Positions 9,827-22,619 of a DNA stretch of 34,440 nt are shown here, piece by piece. The stretch's first letter is position 1; each line of letters opens with the position of its first letter. A program made the position numbers and the translations under genes. The stretch is from Octopus bimaculoides (taxonomy: Eukaryota): the NCBI RefSeq assembly GCF_001194135.2, contig NC_068983.1, positions 2,950,188 through 2,984,627 of the forward strand, given 5' to 3'. Below the pieces are notes generated by a model. It was not told the DNA's origin. It did no database searches and saw only the letters and a list, made by a program, of their open reading frames with translations.

Positions 9827-11654
9827 TTGTGTTATCGAAAATTTTGGAGTAACAAAAAAAAAAAAAAAAAAAAACATATTTGTAACCAAGAAATAAATTC
9901 CCTTTGTCATGGTTGGAATAGAATGAAGATAATGGAATCAATCAACAGTGAGAGAAATACACTCAATGCTCTACCATTTTTGAGTTTGGTCGTTCTTAAA
10001 TCTGTTTTTGAACTGCAAAGAAACTGAATTGGTTTGAAAAGAAAAATACATTTTAAAAATAATCGAAACCATTTTCAAAGATAATAAAAATATTAGAATA
10101 TAAATAAAGTTATAATAAAAGAAACTTATGTGAAGCTATGTCAATAACCTTCACAGATTATTCCAGATAATTGCAAATATCAGGATAGCTAGACTGGTGA
10201 TCTGTTATCGTACAAGCTCACTTCTTTTTCAGATATAATCACAAAATAAGACCCTTTAATTCTTATCTCTCTTTCTCTTTCTTCCTCTTTCTCTCTCTCT
10301 CCTCTTCCTCTTCTTCCTTCTCTCTCTCTCTTTCCCTTTCCACGGAGGAGTCAACCAATAAAACGCTCTACGGGGAAATACTCCAACCGTAACTAATGGA
10401 AGCTCCAGAACTAAACCAATCTGTTTACAATCATTTTTACCAATCCTAGTAATTTTTACCAATCCTAATGATTTTAAAATAATATTAATTAGTTCGAAGC
10501 AATCATTTCCAATTTCGTGATTTGATTTCAGAATATTTTAAAATCAGAAATTATCAGCTTGTAGTAAATTTTCTAATTTTGTAAATTAGTTTCTGTTTGT
10601 TTTTTTTTTTGTTTTTTTTTCCTTGAATCTGATGTATTTTTTCTCTTTGGTTTTCCACTCTATTCAGCAGCCCTACCCACCCATCCCCCACCTATACACA
10701 AAAACTTAACACGGCTGATTGTCAAATCAATTCTTTACCACAAGCAAGATGGAGGCGACGCCATAAATCACCATCACAACCAGTTGTGACTTGCGTCGTT
10801 TGTAATCCTAATTCCTCTTTGCAGCAACCAAAGTGTGGGATGTTAGATGAAGGACTTAAGATCGAATACTAGTCAGTCCAACCTGTTTGCAGGTCTTCAC
10901 GTCAGTGAGGAGGGCCGATGCACTATAAAGCCGACGAGAGGAAAGCCACGAAATGATGCGCTTTCACTTCGATGCCCCTAAAGCTCACTGTTGTTCTGTA
11001 TGCGAAACTAACGAGAACTTTCGATTGACAATATTTGCACAAGCAAACCGTCTTCAGTAGTAACTTTCGTCACTTAAAATCCTTGGTTCTCGTCACAATA
11101 CCCGACGAGTGAATCGCAACCTCCGAAGTGTGGATATCAACGAATGCATTGCCGACAGACGCAGCACAAACTTAGTGATTTCCTCATTGGTTCAATCTAT
11201 ATTCATTGATGATATTAGCTTTCATTTTTTTTGTTTCTCATTTATCTTTAGTCTTGGGTTACAATCTATTTTCATACACTTATTAATTCATAAAACAAAA
11301 ATATAACTTGAATTAATTTCGATTTAAATCCAAGCATACTAGGAAATTACTATGTTAGCTTGTATCCACATGTTCTCAATGCTACTACCAACCTGCAGAT
11401 CCACCATATTGCTTGCCCTCTCTCTAAAGATTTTCGACGTGAATTAGGAAGGATTAGAAATGTACGTGTCAAGTGTAAATGCTTATTACTTTAGACAGAT
11501 GAATACTTGTAGTATATGACTTAGAAATGATTATTAGAAGAGATAAAGGGAAGAATGAAGAGAAACTGGGGTGAAGAGGGGGCAGCGAAGGGGGACAGAT
11601 GTCATGCGTAAGTGTGCATGTACGATATGTATATATATATATATATATATATAT

Positions 11655-11854
11655 NNNNNNNNNNNNNNNNNNNNNNNNNNNNNNNNNNNNNNNNNNNNNN
11701 NNNNNNNNNNNNNNNNNNNNNNNNNNNNNNNNNNNNNNNNNNNNNNNNNNNNNNNNNNNNNNNNNNNNNNNNNNNNNNNNNNNNNNNNNNNNNNNNNNNN
11801 NNNNNNNNNNNNNNNNNNNNNNNNNNNNNNNNNNNNNNNNNNNNNNNNNNNNNN
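11655..11854. other. Assembly gap (200 N) within (TA)n
   Basis: N run. Confidence 1.
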
Positions 11855-11897
11855 ATATATATATATATATATACATACGTACGATATAGTTAATCGG

Positions 11898-12170
11898 GGT
11901 ACTCCGTCGGTTACGACGACGAGGGTTCCAGTTGCTCCGATCAACAGAATAGCCAGCTCGTGAAATTAACGTGCAAGTGGCTGGGCACTCCACAGACACG
12001 TGTACCCTTAACGTAGTTCTCGGGGATATTCAGCGTGACACACAGTGTGACAAGGCTAGAGCTTTAGGTGTTTTCGTTCAATAAACACTCACAACGTCCG
12101 CTCTAGGAATCGAAACCGCGAACCTACAACCGCAACTCTGCTGCCCTAATCACTGGACCATTGCGCCTCA
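11898..12170 (-). mobile_element. SINE family B with an alternative tRNA-like head
   Basis: The body matches 7767-7930 closely. The minus-strand head gaggcgcaatggtccagtgattaggg...ggtttcgattcc has A-box/B-box-like motifs but differs from the heads at 9348 and 25356. Confidence 0.85.
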
Positions 12171-13126
12171 CACACACACTCACACACAAACACACACACA
12201 CACATATATATAGACATATATACGCACAAACACATATATATGTGGGGTTGTGGATGTATGTATGTGTGTGTATCCGTATGAATTTCTATAAAAACATATG
12301 CTTGTATGTGTACATATATGTGTGTTTGTGTGTTTATATATATATATGCATACAAACGTATACATACACACATCATACATACACGCATATATAAATACGT
12401 ACATACATAAAAGCACACACCGATGTGCATACGTAAAATAAATATATTCAATAATAGCCGGCAAGATGTCTCTCTTGTATATATTAGTGGCACGCTCGAC
12501 CGGGCGATGTAATCGAAACATTTGTTACTTGTTCATTCGAAGTTGTTAAATTAATGCCATTAGTTTGTATGCGGTCTGTGTTGTTGTTGTTGTTGTTGCT
12601 GTTGTTGTTGTTGTTTTGATTTCTTCTTTTTTTTTAACATTTACTTAAATTAAATCTAACCTGACTTTATGTCAAGTTCAATGGCTCCTCATACAATTTT
12701 CAAAGGCATCGACATTCACAAAACCCCGCGTTCAAGAACTCTGTGTAAACTATACAAATGCAAAGAATATCCATATATAGAATTCAAACACAGCATATTC
12801 GGCACAACATAATGATATAAACTGAACAAATGAGCCATTTTATTTGTACAAATGTCTGCCAAATGTAAACTTATGCTTAATTCCCTGCCATCTGTTGTTG
12901 GAACCATTCTGTTTCCAAATCTACAGAAACAGTCCAGGAAAAAAAAAATGGAATAGTTTCTATTTTCATAGTTTTGAAGATATTTTCTGGATCCTTAGCC
13001 ATTCGATCCCATATGTCAGCGAGAGAATTAATTATGTATTAATGAAATGACTTTGAATAATGTCTTACAGATGGAAATGTGGGCGGCTAGGGAACAATGG
13101 CTTTAGATTTTATACATACAGAAATT

Positions 13127-13177
<51 letters not shown>

Positions 13178-13310
13178 NNNNNNNNNNNNNNNNNNNNNNN
13201 NNNNNNNNNNNNNNNNNNNNNNNNNNNNNNNNNNNNNNNNNNNNNNNNNNNNNNNNNNNNNNNNNNNNNNNNNNNNNNNNNNNNNNNNNNNNNNNNNNNN
13301 NNNNNNNNNN
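13178..13310. other. Assembly gap (133 N) within (TA)n
   Basis: N run. Confidence 1.
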
Positions 13311-13359
<49 letters not shown>

Positions 13360-13932
13360 CATACATTTGTATATGTCTTGTAGAATTAAACGCTGGTGGT
13401 TAGTGAATATTGTTTCAATGCACGCACCCACGCAAGCACACACACACACACACACACACAGAAATACATACATGCACACAGATATATACATACATACATA
13501 CATACATACATACATACATACAAACAGACAAACATACACAGACGCATATATATGTGCATACACATACAAACGTAAAAGTGAGCTGTGTTTGTTTTAGTTA
13601 ACAATGCAAGGTAAACAAATGTTTTACATGAATAAACATGCATCTATGTTATTGTTAATATCTGGACATCAGCCATTAATAGACACATGCACACACCCAC
13701 ACAGAATCAGACACACACACACACTCTCAGAATCAGACACAAACACACACGCACAGGTACGCAAGTAACAGCAGGCACATAGACATATATATACAAAAAA
13801 AAACTTCTTTTTCATTGATATTGGAATTGTTTAAAACATAGTTCCGTTGTGTATTTGTGTTTGTGTGTGTATGTATGTATGTATGTATGTATGTATGGAT
13901 GGATGGATGGATGGATGTATGTATACATATAT

Positions 13933-13942
13933 NNNNNNNNNN
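13933..13942. other. Assembly gap (10 N) within (TA)n
   Basis: N run. Confidence 1.
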
Positions 13943-13986
<44 letters not shown>

Positions 13987-15008
13987 AAAGAGGATTTGAA
14001 AATGGAGAGGTCTTTTAAAGATGTTTATCAAAAGTAAAATGTAAAGATTTGTATAAGCTTTGTTGTGTTAAAAAATGGTTATCATAATTGTATTAAAATA
14101 CAGTTATACAGTCTTTGAGAATGGTAAGAAAATATTAAGAAATAGAATCTTTGACAATGATAAGAAAATGCTAAGAGTTTTTTTTGTTTTTTTTTTAACC
14201 AGTTTACATGAAAGTGTTCAAAATAGGTAGCAAAATGAATTTATAATTATTTTAAGTTCATCAAAAATCATAAATGTATAGAAGCATGTATACAGAAGGA
14301 ATCATATTTAAGTGTATATATATATTTGATATATTTATCCACATGGATATGTATATATGTGATTGTGTGTCCCTCTGCACACACACACACTCTTTCTCAT
14401 ACACACACACACCTTTATACATATGTATGTATGTATGTATATTCCTAATTAGTAAGACAGCAGAATGCGGGAAGATCATGATTACCTGCGTCAGTAAAAA
14501 AATAGAACACTTCCATAAATACCCTTTATAATGTAGATAAAAAGGAAAATGTGACGTTTCGGGAAGATTCCTATCATCAACGTGCTTTATCCAAATCATT
14601 GAGTTTCTCGTTTTCCTCTTGCCGTGATATTTATTTCATCATTTTGAATTTCTATTATATATTTTCGTAAATGATTTAGCATGGAGTTTTCCAGAACTTG
14701 TGATAAACATAATAGCACATACACACGCAGATGCAGGCAAGATAGTCTTCACGTCACCCAACTGTACCTGTTTTTGTTTTCTTTGATAAATGTTCTTGCC
14801 CCTATTGTACTTTTATGCACCTAAATTTAGAGGGCATGTATGTCAGTGTGAAGTATTTCCCATTGCTATATTGAGGTACGGCACGAAAGGAATGTTTAGT
14901 CTGAAGGTAGAGATATTTTCGAAACTGACATTCAAATTACATTCGCGTGAACGGTTTTAGCAGCAACAATTAGAAGATAACCCAAAAACAACCACAGATC
15001 CTGTACAA

Positions 15009-15220
15009 AAGCAACAGAATCTTCCTCATCTCGCTCCACCCTGTCTTAAATAAAAGGCAATCAGATAATTAATGACGGACTCCTAGATGTACTATGACAG
15101 ACAAACTAAAAACGCGATGGCCATGGTTGGAGATACTTTGAATGTATATGTGTTCGATAGCGGCAGATCTCAAGTGAACAAGTAAAAACGACAACAATAA
15201 CAACAACATCAACAACAGTA
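15009..15220 (+). mobile_element. Interspersed repeat family D with an (AAC)n-like tail
   Basis: The core gatggccatggttggagatactttga...tgttcgat is shared with 18773 and 24877; it is followed by an aacaacaac tail. Confidence 0.55.
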
Positions 15221-15622
15221 CATTTCCCATGGTTGTTAAATTATATATATATACACGCACAAACATACACACGATTATAGAGACAAACATACACATACAA
15301 ACATGCATACATACGCACGTAGTTACATGTACACACATACAAATTATTCATATTACATTATTATTATTATTATCTATTATCTCAGGAATTCCACAGAAGC
15401 TGTGAAGAGATAACTGTAAAAGAGCAAAGATATAATACAAATATCTTAGATGTATTATTAGCCACTTTATATTCTCCTATCTACGCAAGCTGGGAGATTA
15501 AAACCAACAGATTAATCCCGAAGTTTGAGAAACTGTTTATACTAAAAAGCTATAGTACTACTACTCGCTGGTTTACTATAAAACCTATAACACTACACAC
15601 TGTTTGCTGGAGAATAATATTG

Positions 15623-15800
15623 GTTTCCAATTTTGGCACAAGGCCAGCAAGTTCAGGTGAGTGAGCTAAGTCGATTCCATCGACGTCGACCCCGAATAGA
15701 TGAAGGGCAAAATCAACAAGGCAAAGTCGACCTCGGCGGAATTTGAACTCAGAACGTCAAAACAGACGAAATGTCACTAACGATTCAGCCAGCTCGCCGT
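15623..15800 (-). mobile_element. SINE family C, internally deleted copy
   Basis: aaggcaaagtcgacctcggcggaatttgaactcagaacgt...cgattcagccagctcgccg matches 22474-22619. Confidence 0.85.
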
Positions 15801-16236
15801 CGTACTGTCGAATGATATTGATAGACATTTCTGGGTTACTAAATAAAATGATGTTGAATTTGTTTTGCATTTCATTTTAGCACACTTATTTCTGTACAAT
15901 AACGTACACTTCTCTTAGTTTACATTCAGAATGTTATTGTAGAAGCTTCTATAGATACATTCAGCAAAACTTATCTATATGTTTTCCCGAACTTTCAAAT
16001 TTACGTTTTAAACGGAATCAAACTTTTTCGTTGGGCAGCTTAAAGGGGTTATTTTTGGAAGTAAAATTACTGGGTTGTTTCATTGTAATTATTAGCATGT
16101 CAATCGTGTCCCACCGGCAGCTTTCAACGTATTTTGTCCCCATCCAAATGTTATTTTCAATTATCATTTATAGTTGAATTTCTTTAGAAATACATCAATT
16201 TCTCATCATTAGTTCGGCATTTAAGATGAAGTGAAA

Positions 16237-16278
16237 GATTCACTGAAGAGGCCTAATTAAACCGAAATATGTCAGAAA
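16237..16278 (+). ncRNA. Degenerate minimal type I hammerhead ribozyme motif
   Basis: CTGAAGA (16243-16249), GG...CC stem II, GAAA (16264-16267), TATGTC. The order and spacing fit Penelope-type minimal hammerheads; stem I is weak (ttca vs agaa). Confidence 0.4.
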
Positions 16279-16920
16279 TATGTTTTGTGTTCTCACACCA
16301 AGCATACTAGATAATGTCATCTTTTCGTCACTGCGTCAATGTTTTAAGCTATATATTCAATATTCCTTACATTAAATATTTGATATGTAATTAAACAATT
16401 GTAAACTCGATACTGTGAGGAGAGAAACTCTGAAGATACATCGTAAGTTATTGTTGACAATAATGTCGAATTACAAAGAAAAACAAAACACGAATACTGC
16501 TCTGTAAAATATTTGGTTGTGAACAAGTATTTGCTCTGAACGTTAGATTTAGGATAACCACATGTAAACTCCATCTCATTTACATCTGTTATTTCAAGTT
16601 ATTAACTGTTACATTGAGTTTTAACTGTTTTAGAAATAAATCTGTTTGAGTAAATCTTCCACCTAATGGCATAAAAATGGTTTTACTTGGGTCCGTTATT
16701 GTGGAATTTAGTTCATAATATTATTTCTTACTTTGTCACCAAGGAACTAGTCAGACATTCCTTGTCTGTCATTTGTCATGAAATACATTACCAAAGAATG
16801 GTCTAAGAACTTTATATAATGAATTTAGATTTCATTTCCTGTTTAGCATTTCACAGTAAATATGAGTACCAAGGTTTTTTAGTGATGAGTAAGCACAATA
16901 ATTATGAGAACATTTCGTAT

Positions 16921-16922
<2 letters not shown>

Positions 16923-16988
<66 letters not shown>

Positions 16989-16995
16989 CCTCTCT
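16923..16995. repeat. (CT)n microsatellite
   Basis: Directly visible. Confidence 0.98.
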
Positions 16996-17224
16996 GAATC
17001 TGGTTATTACAACATTCACTTCTAATATTTTCTTTGTGTTTCTTACGACTATAGCTTTTTCCCCCCGGTTTTACTGGTAAATGTATTTCGATTGTATGAC
17101 AAACATAAAGAATGGCATCAAAAAAATGGAGAATAAATTCAAGATATTAAAGGAGAAAAACAAATTTCAGTTTTTCTGTCACAACATAAGGTCGTTAATA
17201 GAGTCACAGAGCGTTCATTGGAAG

Positions 17225-18190
17225 ACAGACGACAGGGAGCCAGATAACTATCGTTGATGAAAGCCTTCTTCGGACCCGTATTCAGTGGATGGATTGGTGC
17301 AATGCACAGCGACATCTGTTCAGTGGTCGGAGTGAACGGTTACTTCTCGGAGCCGTTCACCGTTATGCGCTCGGTCCGCCAAAGTTAACCCCTCTCGTCC
17401 CTGTTGTACGTACTGACTCTCGAACCACTACTGCACAAACTAGAGCGTTAGAGGGGCATCCCGCACGAATTAGGAAGTGGAATATCTGTGTCGGCATATG
17501 CCGACGGCATCACCGTAATGGTGTTGAAAGCCAAATACATTGTGATAATCGACCGCGCTCTCAGGCAGTACGAAGCGAAAATTAAGAAAATACAATGGAC
17601 TTACGACTCGACACCTTGAGAAGCAAGTCCATGCCATCCAATTACATTGTTGGGCACTGGACGAACAGACCGTTTAAATTGCTCGGTGTATGGTTTGGTC
17701 TGAACCTCCAGGTGGACAAAAACTGAAACGAAGCAACAAGAAAAGTGGCTACTCTCACCCAGAAATGGACCGAGCGGGAGCTATTCCTGAAAGATCGAGC
17801 AGAAGTGGTTAACTATTAGATTACGTCCAACATCTACCCGCTGACTGTCGTGCCTCGCCCCGGACTCCATCTCATTGCACTGGAGCGTATAGTCTTTCGC
17901 TTCTTGGGAAAAGGTTATGCCATGGCCAGGCGATCCATCTGCTGTCAACGCCTGCTGCATGGTGGACCGGTCATGTTATGGCTGATAATGCATAAATATG
18001 CGCTGAGGTCACGAAATTTCCAGCTTTTTTGATGATGAACAAGTGTGGTTGCCGTCCACTCGACGGAACTGTAGTGCTGGGTTAAGAACAAATCGAGAGA
18101 GAGCGAGTACTTGGCAAGTGAAATGTCTTCAAGTTCTCACAGCCCTCATTCAGCCGAGCAGACACAACGAAAGACACACCACGTGAGACC
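17225..18190 (+). mobile_element. L1-clade (Tx1-like) LINE reverse transcriptase fragment, decayed
   Basis: With frameshifts: FGPVFSGWIGAMHSDICSVVGVNGYFSEPFTVMRSVRQS.PLSSLLYVLTLEPLL, then VSAYADG (YADD site, 17497-17508, second D changed to G), LLGVWFG and ALERIVFRFL.KG. Many stops. Confidence 0.85.
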
Positions 18191-18303
18191 AAATCTCTCT
18201 CAAGTTTTAAATCATTTTTAATAAAACAATAAACCAGATTTGTCATGACTGGAATACTCCGGCTCAGAGATCAGCTCAGAATTGACCATTCTGAGACAGG
18301 AAT

Positions 18304-18349
<46 letters not shown>

Positions 18350-18754
18350 TAAATATGCTGGTACCGTGGGAAAAAAATAATCACATCTTTTAGTGAAATA
18401 TTGGTCAGGCAATTCAGGTCTTCAACCGATGTAATTGGCGACAGAAATTATGGCAGACCAATGTTAATGACAAACGTACTGCATCAACCTAGAATATCTC
18501 CCCATACACTCAAGAAAACTATATAAACTAATAATAAAATAACCTGAATGCCTTTTGGCGTAAATATCCTTAAATACTATGACCCAAGGGAACAATTCTG
18601 GTTAACAGTGTTCCCTAATAAATCATTAAAAGTGTGACCTTTAAGAGAAAGGTCGATCTATATTTCTATATATTTGCTCCGGCAAGCAGGTCATACGAGG
18701 TTATAGACAAACAAGTGTTAAGATTATACATGTGTATGTATATGATACAAAAAA

Positions 18755-18838
18755 CATTTGGATAATAGACAAGATGGCCATAGCTGGAACACCTTTGATC
18801 ATATGATCTGCTTGATTAGGGTTGGACTAGGAAGAACA
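18755..18838 (+). mobile_element. Interspersed repeat family D fragment
   Basis: gatggccatagctggaacacctttgatcatatgatctgcttgat is similar to the 15117 and 24877 cores. Confidence 0.55.
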
Positions 18839-19690
18839 GCCTATAAGAATATCACGTTGTATTGACAGATTGTATCGATAGATTGTATTGATACTCTGTA
18901 TACGACTAAAAGACTTTCTTCGTTCATTTTACGAGATCTTGAGTCTTCCTCTGATGTACGTTTGAATGTTATTATGGGTTTCTTAATAGGAGAACATCAG
19001 TGGCTGATTCTTATGGTAGGTCGGTTGAAGATCGCATTGCTCCAGGGATACCCCAGGAAATGCTTATTTGATAGTGCCAAGAATTTCTGACCTACTCTAG
19101 TAGCATTAATAGAGAAAGCCGTTGCTAGCCAGAGAATTTTCCTGGTACTATTCCACTTTCCCATCGGCTACGAGAAGAGGTCAAAAAAAAAAAAAAGAGA
19201 GCGGTTATTGGTGGTCGTTGTTTCGTATAACCCTGTAGTAATAAGGGACCGCATTATTTATATGAATTGAGACGAAGGCTGATTACTGTGTTGGATAGTT
19301 TGTAGAAACCTTTTTTGTTTACGCAATGGTTATCGTTTTGTAAAGGCTCGTTAAGAAATAGTGGTATCTTATCTTTTTAAGATTAAAGAGGATTACATGA
19401 GATAATGTATGCGACGCTACGTGAGTATTCCAAATGCTGAGTATTTCGTATGCACGTGCACCAACGTGTGTTCAGTGTGTGCAATTGTGTTGGCACTTTC
19501 GTATGAGTGCATGCGTGTGTGAGAGTCAGGGTGTTTCATTTGATGCATATATGTACGTGTGTGTGTGTGTGTGTGTGTGTGTGGCTTCACTCCATAGCTG
19601 AGAATTTAGAGTCTGTTTTAAGGTTGAAATGAAGGAAACATTCATGCAGCAAATATTATTAAATATTGTCGTTTCTCTTATTTTGCTATT

Positions 19691-19767
19691 ACTGCAGCTG
19701 CTGCTGCTGTTGTTGTTGTTGTTGTTGTTGTTGCTATTACTACTACTACTACTACTACTACTATTGT
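19691..19767. repeat. Compound (CTG)n(TTG)n(CTA)n microsatellite
   Basis: Directly visible. Confidence 0.95.
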
Positions 19768-19809
19768 TGGTAAGCAAGTTTCTTACCACACAATCATGCC
19801 TGCGCCTAT
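19768..19809 (-). mobile_element. SINE family A, 5' head fragment
   Basis: Minus strand taggcgcaggcatgattgtgtggtaagaaacttgcttacc: a tRNA A-box-like head, truncated at the microsatellite. Confidence 0.55.
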
Positions 19810-19825
19810 TATATATGTGTGTGTG

Positions 19826-20418
19826 NNNNNNNNNNNNNNNNNNNNNNNNNNNNNNNNNNNNNNNNNNNNNNNNNNNNNNNNNNNNNNNNNNNNNNNNNNN
19901 NNNNNNNNNNNNNNNNNNNNNNNNNNNNNNNNNNNNNNNNNNNNNNNNNNNNNNNNNNNNNNNNNNNNNNNNNNNNNNNNNNNNNNNNNNNNNNNNNNNN
20001 NNNNNNNNNNNNNNNNNNNNNNNNNNNNNNNNNNNNNNNNNNNNNNNNNNNNNNNNNNNNNNNNNNNNNNNNNNNNNNNNNNNNNNNNNNNNNNNNNNNN
20101 NNNNNNNNNNNNNNNNNNNNNNNNNNNNNNNNNNNNNNNNNNNNNNNNNNNNNNNNNNNNNNNNNNNNNNNNNNNNNNNNNNNNNNNNNNNNNNNNNNNN
20201 NNNNNNNNNNNNNNNNNNNNNNNNNNNNNNNNNNNNNNNNNNNNNNNNNNNNNNNNNNNNNNNNNNNNNNNNNNNNNNNNNNNNNNNNNNNNNNNNNNNN
20301 NNNNNNNNNNNNNNNNNNNNNNNNNNNNNNNNNNNNNNNNNNNNNNNNNNNNNNNNNNNNNNNNNNNNNNNNNNNNNNNNNNNNNNNNNNNNNNNNNNNN
20401 NNNNNNNNNNNNNNNNNN
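19826..20418. other. Assembly gap (593 N)
   Basis: N run; the long X-filled ORFs are artefacts. Confidence 1.
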
Positions 20419-21174
20419 TCTCACGTCTTCTCCGTTTCCTCTTTATTTCTATTACTGTCATATTCCCTACCCACCCCTGTCCTTTCTGACATCTGTTCTA
20501 TATTATCCACCACCACCACCTACCAAATACATTATTTCGCTGGTTCCCTAGATGTTCTTGACAACTAATAACAATCCAGTCCCCCATTTTACGACGTTTG
20601 TAATTTCTATTAATTGGTGAAAGGAAAGTAAAACTCCTTATATGGTCATATCTTTCTACTGCCTCAGTCCAAACTAATTTTCATTTGTTTATTTCAATTT
20701 AGACCGCCGCCTTCTTCACAAAGTAGATACATAGTCTTTGTTTTAATAACTGGTACCTTACTTTTATCATTTTGTTTATATTTAACGACTAATTTTAACT
20801 TTCTGGAGTATTCGTTTCTAAGCTGTTTTTTTCCTCCATCAGTCAATGTCCGTTATCTCACCCAAATGTAAAAGGCCTCAGTTAATCTTTGACAGATTTA
20901 TTATCTGTTAATTGTGTCCCGTTTTTTTACCATTATATTTTTCCCGTTACATTTTCAAAACTGAGCAAGCTTTAATCACCAATTCTCTTCGTAGACCTTC
21001 GCCTATATCCGTGCAGTATTTATATCACGTGGTCGCCAAGGCTATCGGGTGTTGTTATACAACGTTGGTCACAATGTGTCTCGCATCGTTTTTAGCTTTC
21101 GAATGGCGCCCCCCCCCACACACACACACAGCTGGTGAGGCAGGCAGGCAGGCAGGCCGACCAACATTTCGAAA

Positions 21175-21272
21175 GCCGGTCCGTTACAGGGTGGTCACCC
21201 GTTTACAGCTGAATGGACTGGAGCGACGTGAAATGAAGTGTTTTGCTCAAGAGCACAACGCACTGTTCGGAC
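21175..21272 (-). mobile_element. SINE family B-related central fragment
   Basis: cagctgaatggactggagcgacgtgaaatgaagtgttttgctcaagagcacaac matches 25229-25281. Confidence 0.7.
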
Positions 21273-21948
21273 CGTTAATCGATTTGGTTTTCTTTGGGTC
21301 TCTGAAGTTGCAATACAGTTGCATTAGGAATCCTGGTAAAGGCTTTCTGAATCACAGAATACCATTTCATTGATTAGTCATTCCATTATCTCCAGGAAGT
21401 CCTTTTTTACTAAACCAACACCCTCGGAAGTTATCAACGCCAATAGCTTACCCCAATGGTTATTTCGACTGATTTATTTTCTCTCTTCTAACACAACAAA
21501 ATCTGATTGGTCGTTATTTACCAGTTGTCATTTATTCAGCAACCATTTACATTTTTGTGGTTTCTTCTATCTCTCATTATTTCGACCTCATATTTCCTTC
21601 CAATAATGGTTACATTCTTCACATCTGACATTTATATTCTTGTTCTTCCTGTTTATCTCTTAATAAAACCGATCACGGATGACCTGAAATTAAACAACAA
21701 CAACAACCACCGCAACAAAACGCTTTTTTTTTCTTTCGTTTTGTCTGCCATGTCTCTATTATTGTATCTTTTGCTTAAATCTAAATGTTGGTGTTTGTGC
21801 CATAAACATATACTTGTTTAAAGTTCTTAAGTATCGAGGGTCCGTGCTCTTTCAAACCATTTTCTTTCTCTCTGATTTAGACCCACTCATCCTTCAGGTT
21901 ATTTATTTACGATAAACTATTTACAAATCCCCATCTCCCTTAATCCTT

Positions 21949-22090
21949 AAGATGGCGGGATGGCAGAATCGTTAGCGCATCGAACAAAATACTCAGCGAC
22001 ATTTCTGCCGGCTCTATACGTTTTGAGTTCCAATACAGCCGAGTTTTACTTCATCTTTCGGGAGTGGATAAAATAAAGTACCAATCAAGT
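21949..22090 (+). mobile_element. SINE family C, older diverged copy
   Basis: ggcgggatggcagaatcgttagc...gagttccaat...ttcatctttcgggagtggataaaataaagtacc aligns with 22176-22315. Confidence 0.7.
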
Positions 22091-22175
22091 ACCAAGCTCA
22101 AAGTTGATAGCCAAGCGCCAAAGCCTAAAACGCTTATTTCCAAGACTGTGTAACAACGCAATATTCTTCGCATCA

Positions 22176-22394
22176 AAGGCGGCGAGCTGGCAGAAACGTT
22201 AGCACGCCGGGCGAAATGCTTAGCAGTATTTCGTCTGCTGCTACGTTCTGCGTTCAAATTCCGCTGAAGTCGACTTTGCTTTCATCCTTTCGGGGTCGAT
22301 AAATTAAGTATCAGTTGCGTACTGGGGTCGATCTAATCGACTGGCCCCCTCCCCCAAAATTTTGTGTCTTGTGCCTAAGGTAGAAAAGATTATT
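22176..22394 (+). mobile_element. SINE family C, full length (tRNA-like head, Meta-like central domain)
   Basis: Head aaggcggcgagctggcagaaacgttagc, B-box-like gttcaaattcc and central ctttcatcctttcggggtcgataaattaagta (resembles the MetaSINE domain as I recall it; needs a search). Tail gtagaaaagattatt. Confidence 0.88.
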
Positions 22395-22473
22395 TGTTAA
22401 TGTATTTACTTTCATTGATTCTAAATAAATGTTTTGAGTTCCACGTTTTTACAATTTATGACGGTAATTCTCT

Positions 22474-22619
22474 GCGTAACTGGTACTTAATTTATCGACC
22501 CCGAAAGGATGAAAGGCAAAGTCGACCTCGGCGGAATTTGAACTCAGAACGTAACGGCAGACGAAATACCGCTAAGTATTTCGCCCGGCCTGCTAACGTT
22601 TCTGCCATCTCGCTGCCTT
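22474..22619 (-). mobile_element. SINE family C, 5' 146 bp, inverted relative to 22176-22394
   Basis: Manual alignment to 22176-22321 gives 14 differences in about 146 nt (about 90% identity). Confidence 0.9.

Noticed and set aside
10927-10964. Hammerhead-like aaagc-cgacga-g.gg/cc.c-gaaa...gcttt
   Set aside because: It lacks U4 and the U of the UH cleavage triplet and has a mismatch in stem II; compatible with chance.
18635-18655. Everted TGACCT/AGGTCG half-sites (similar at about 31818-31835)
   Set aside because: Isolated short motifs with non-standard spacing; expected by chance in 34 kb.
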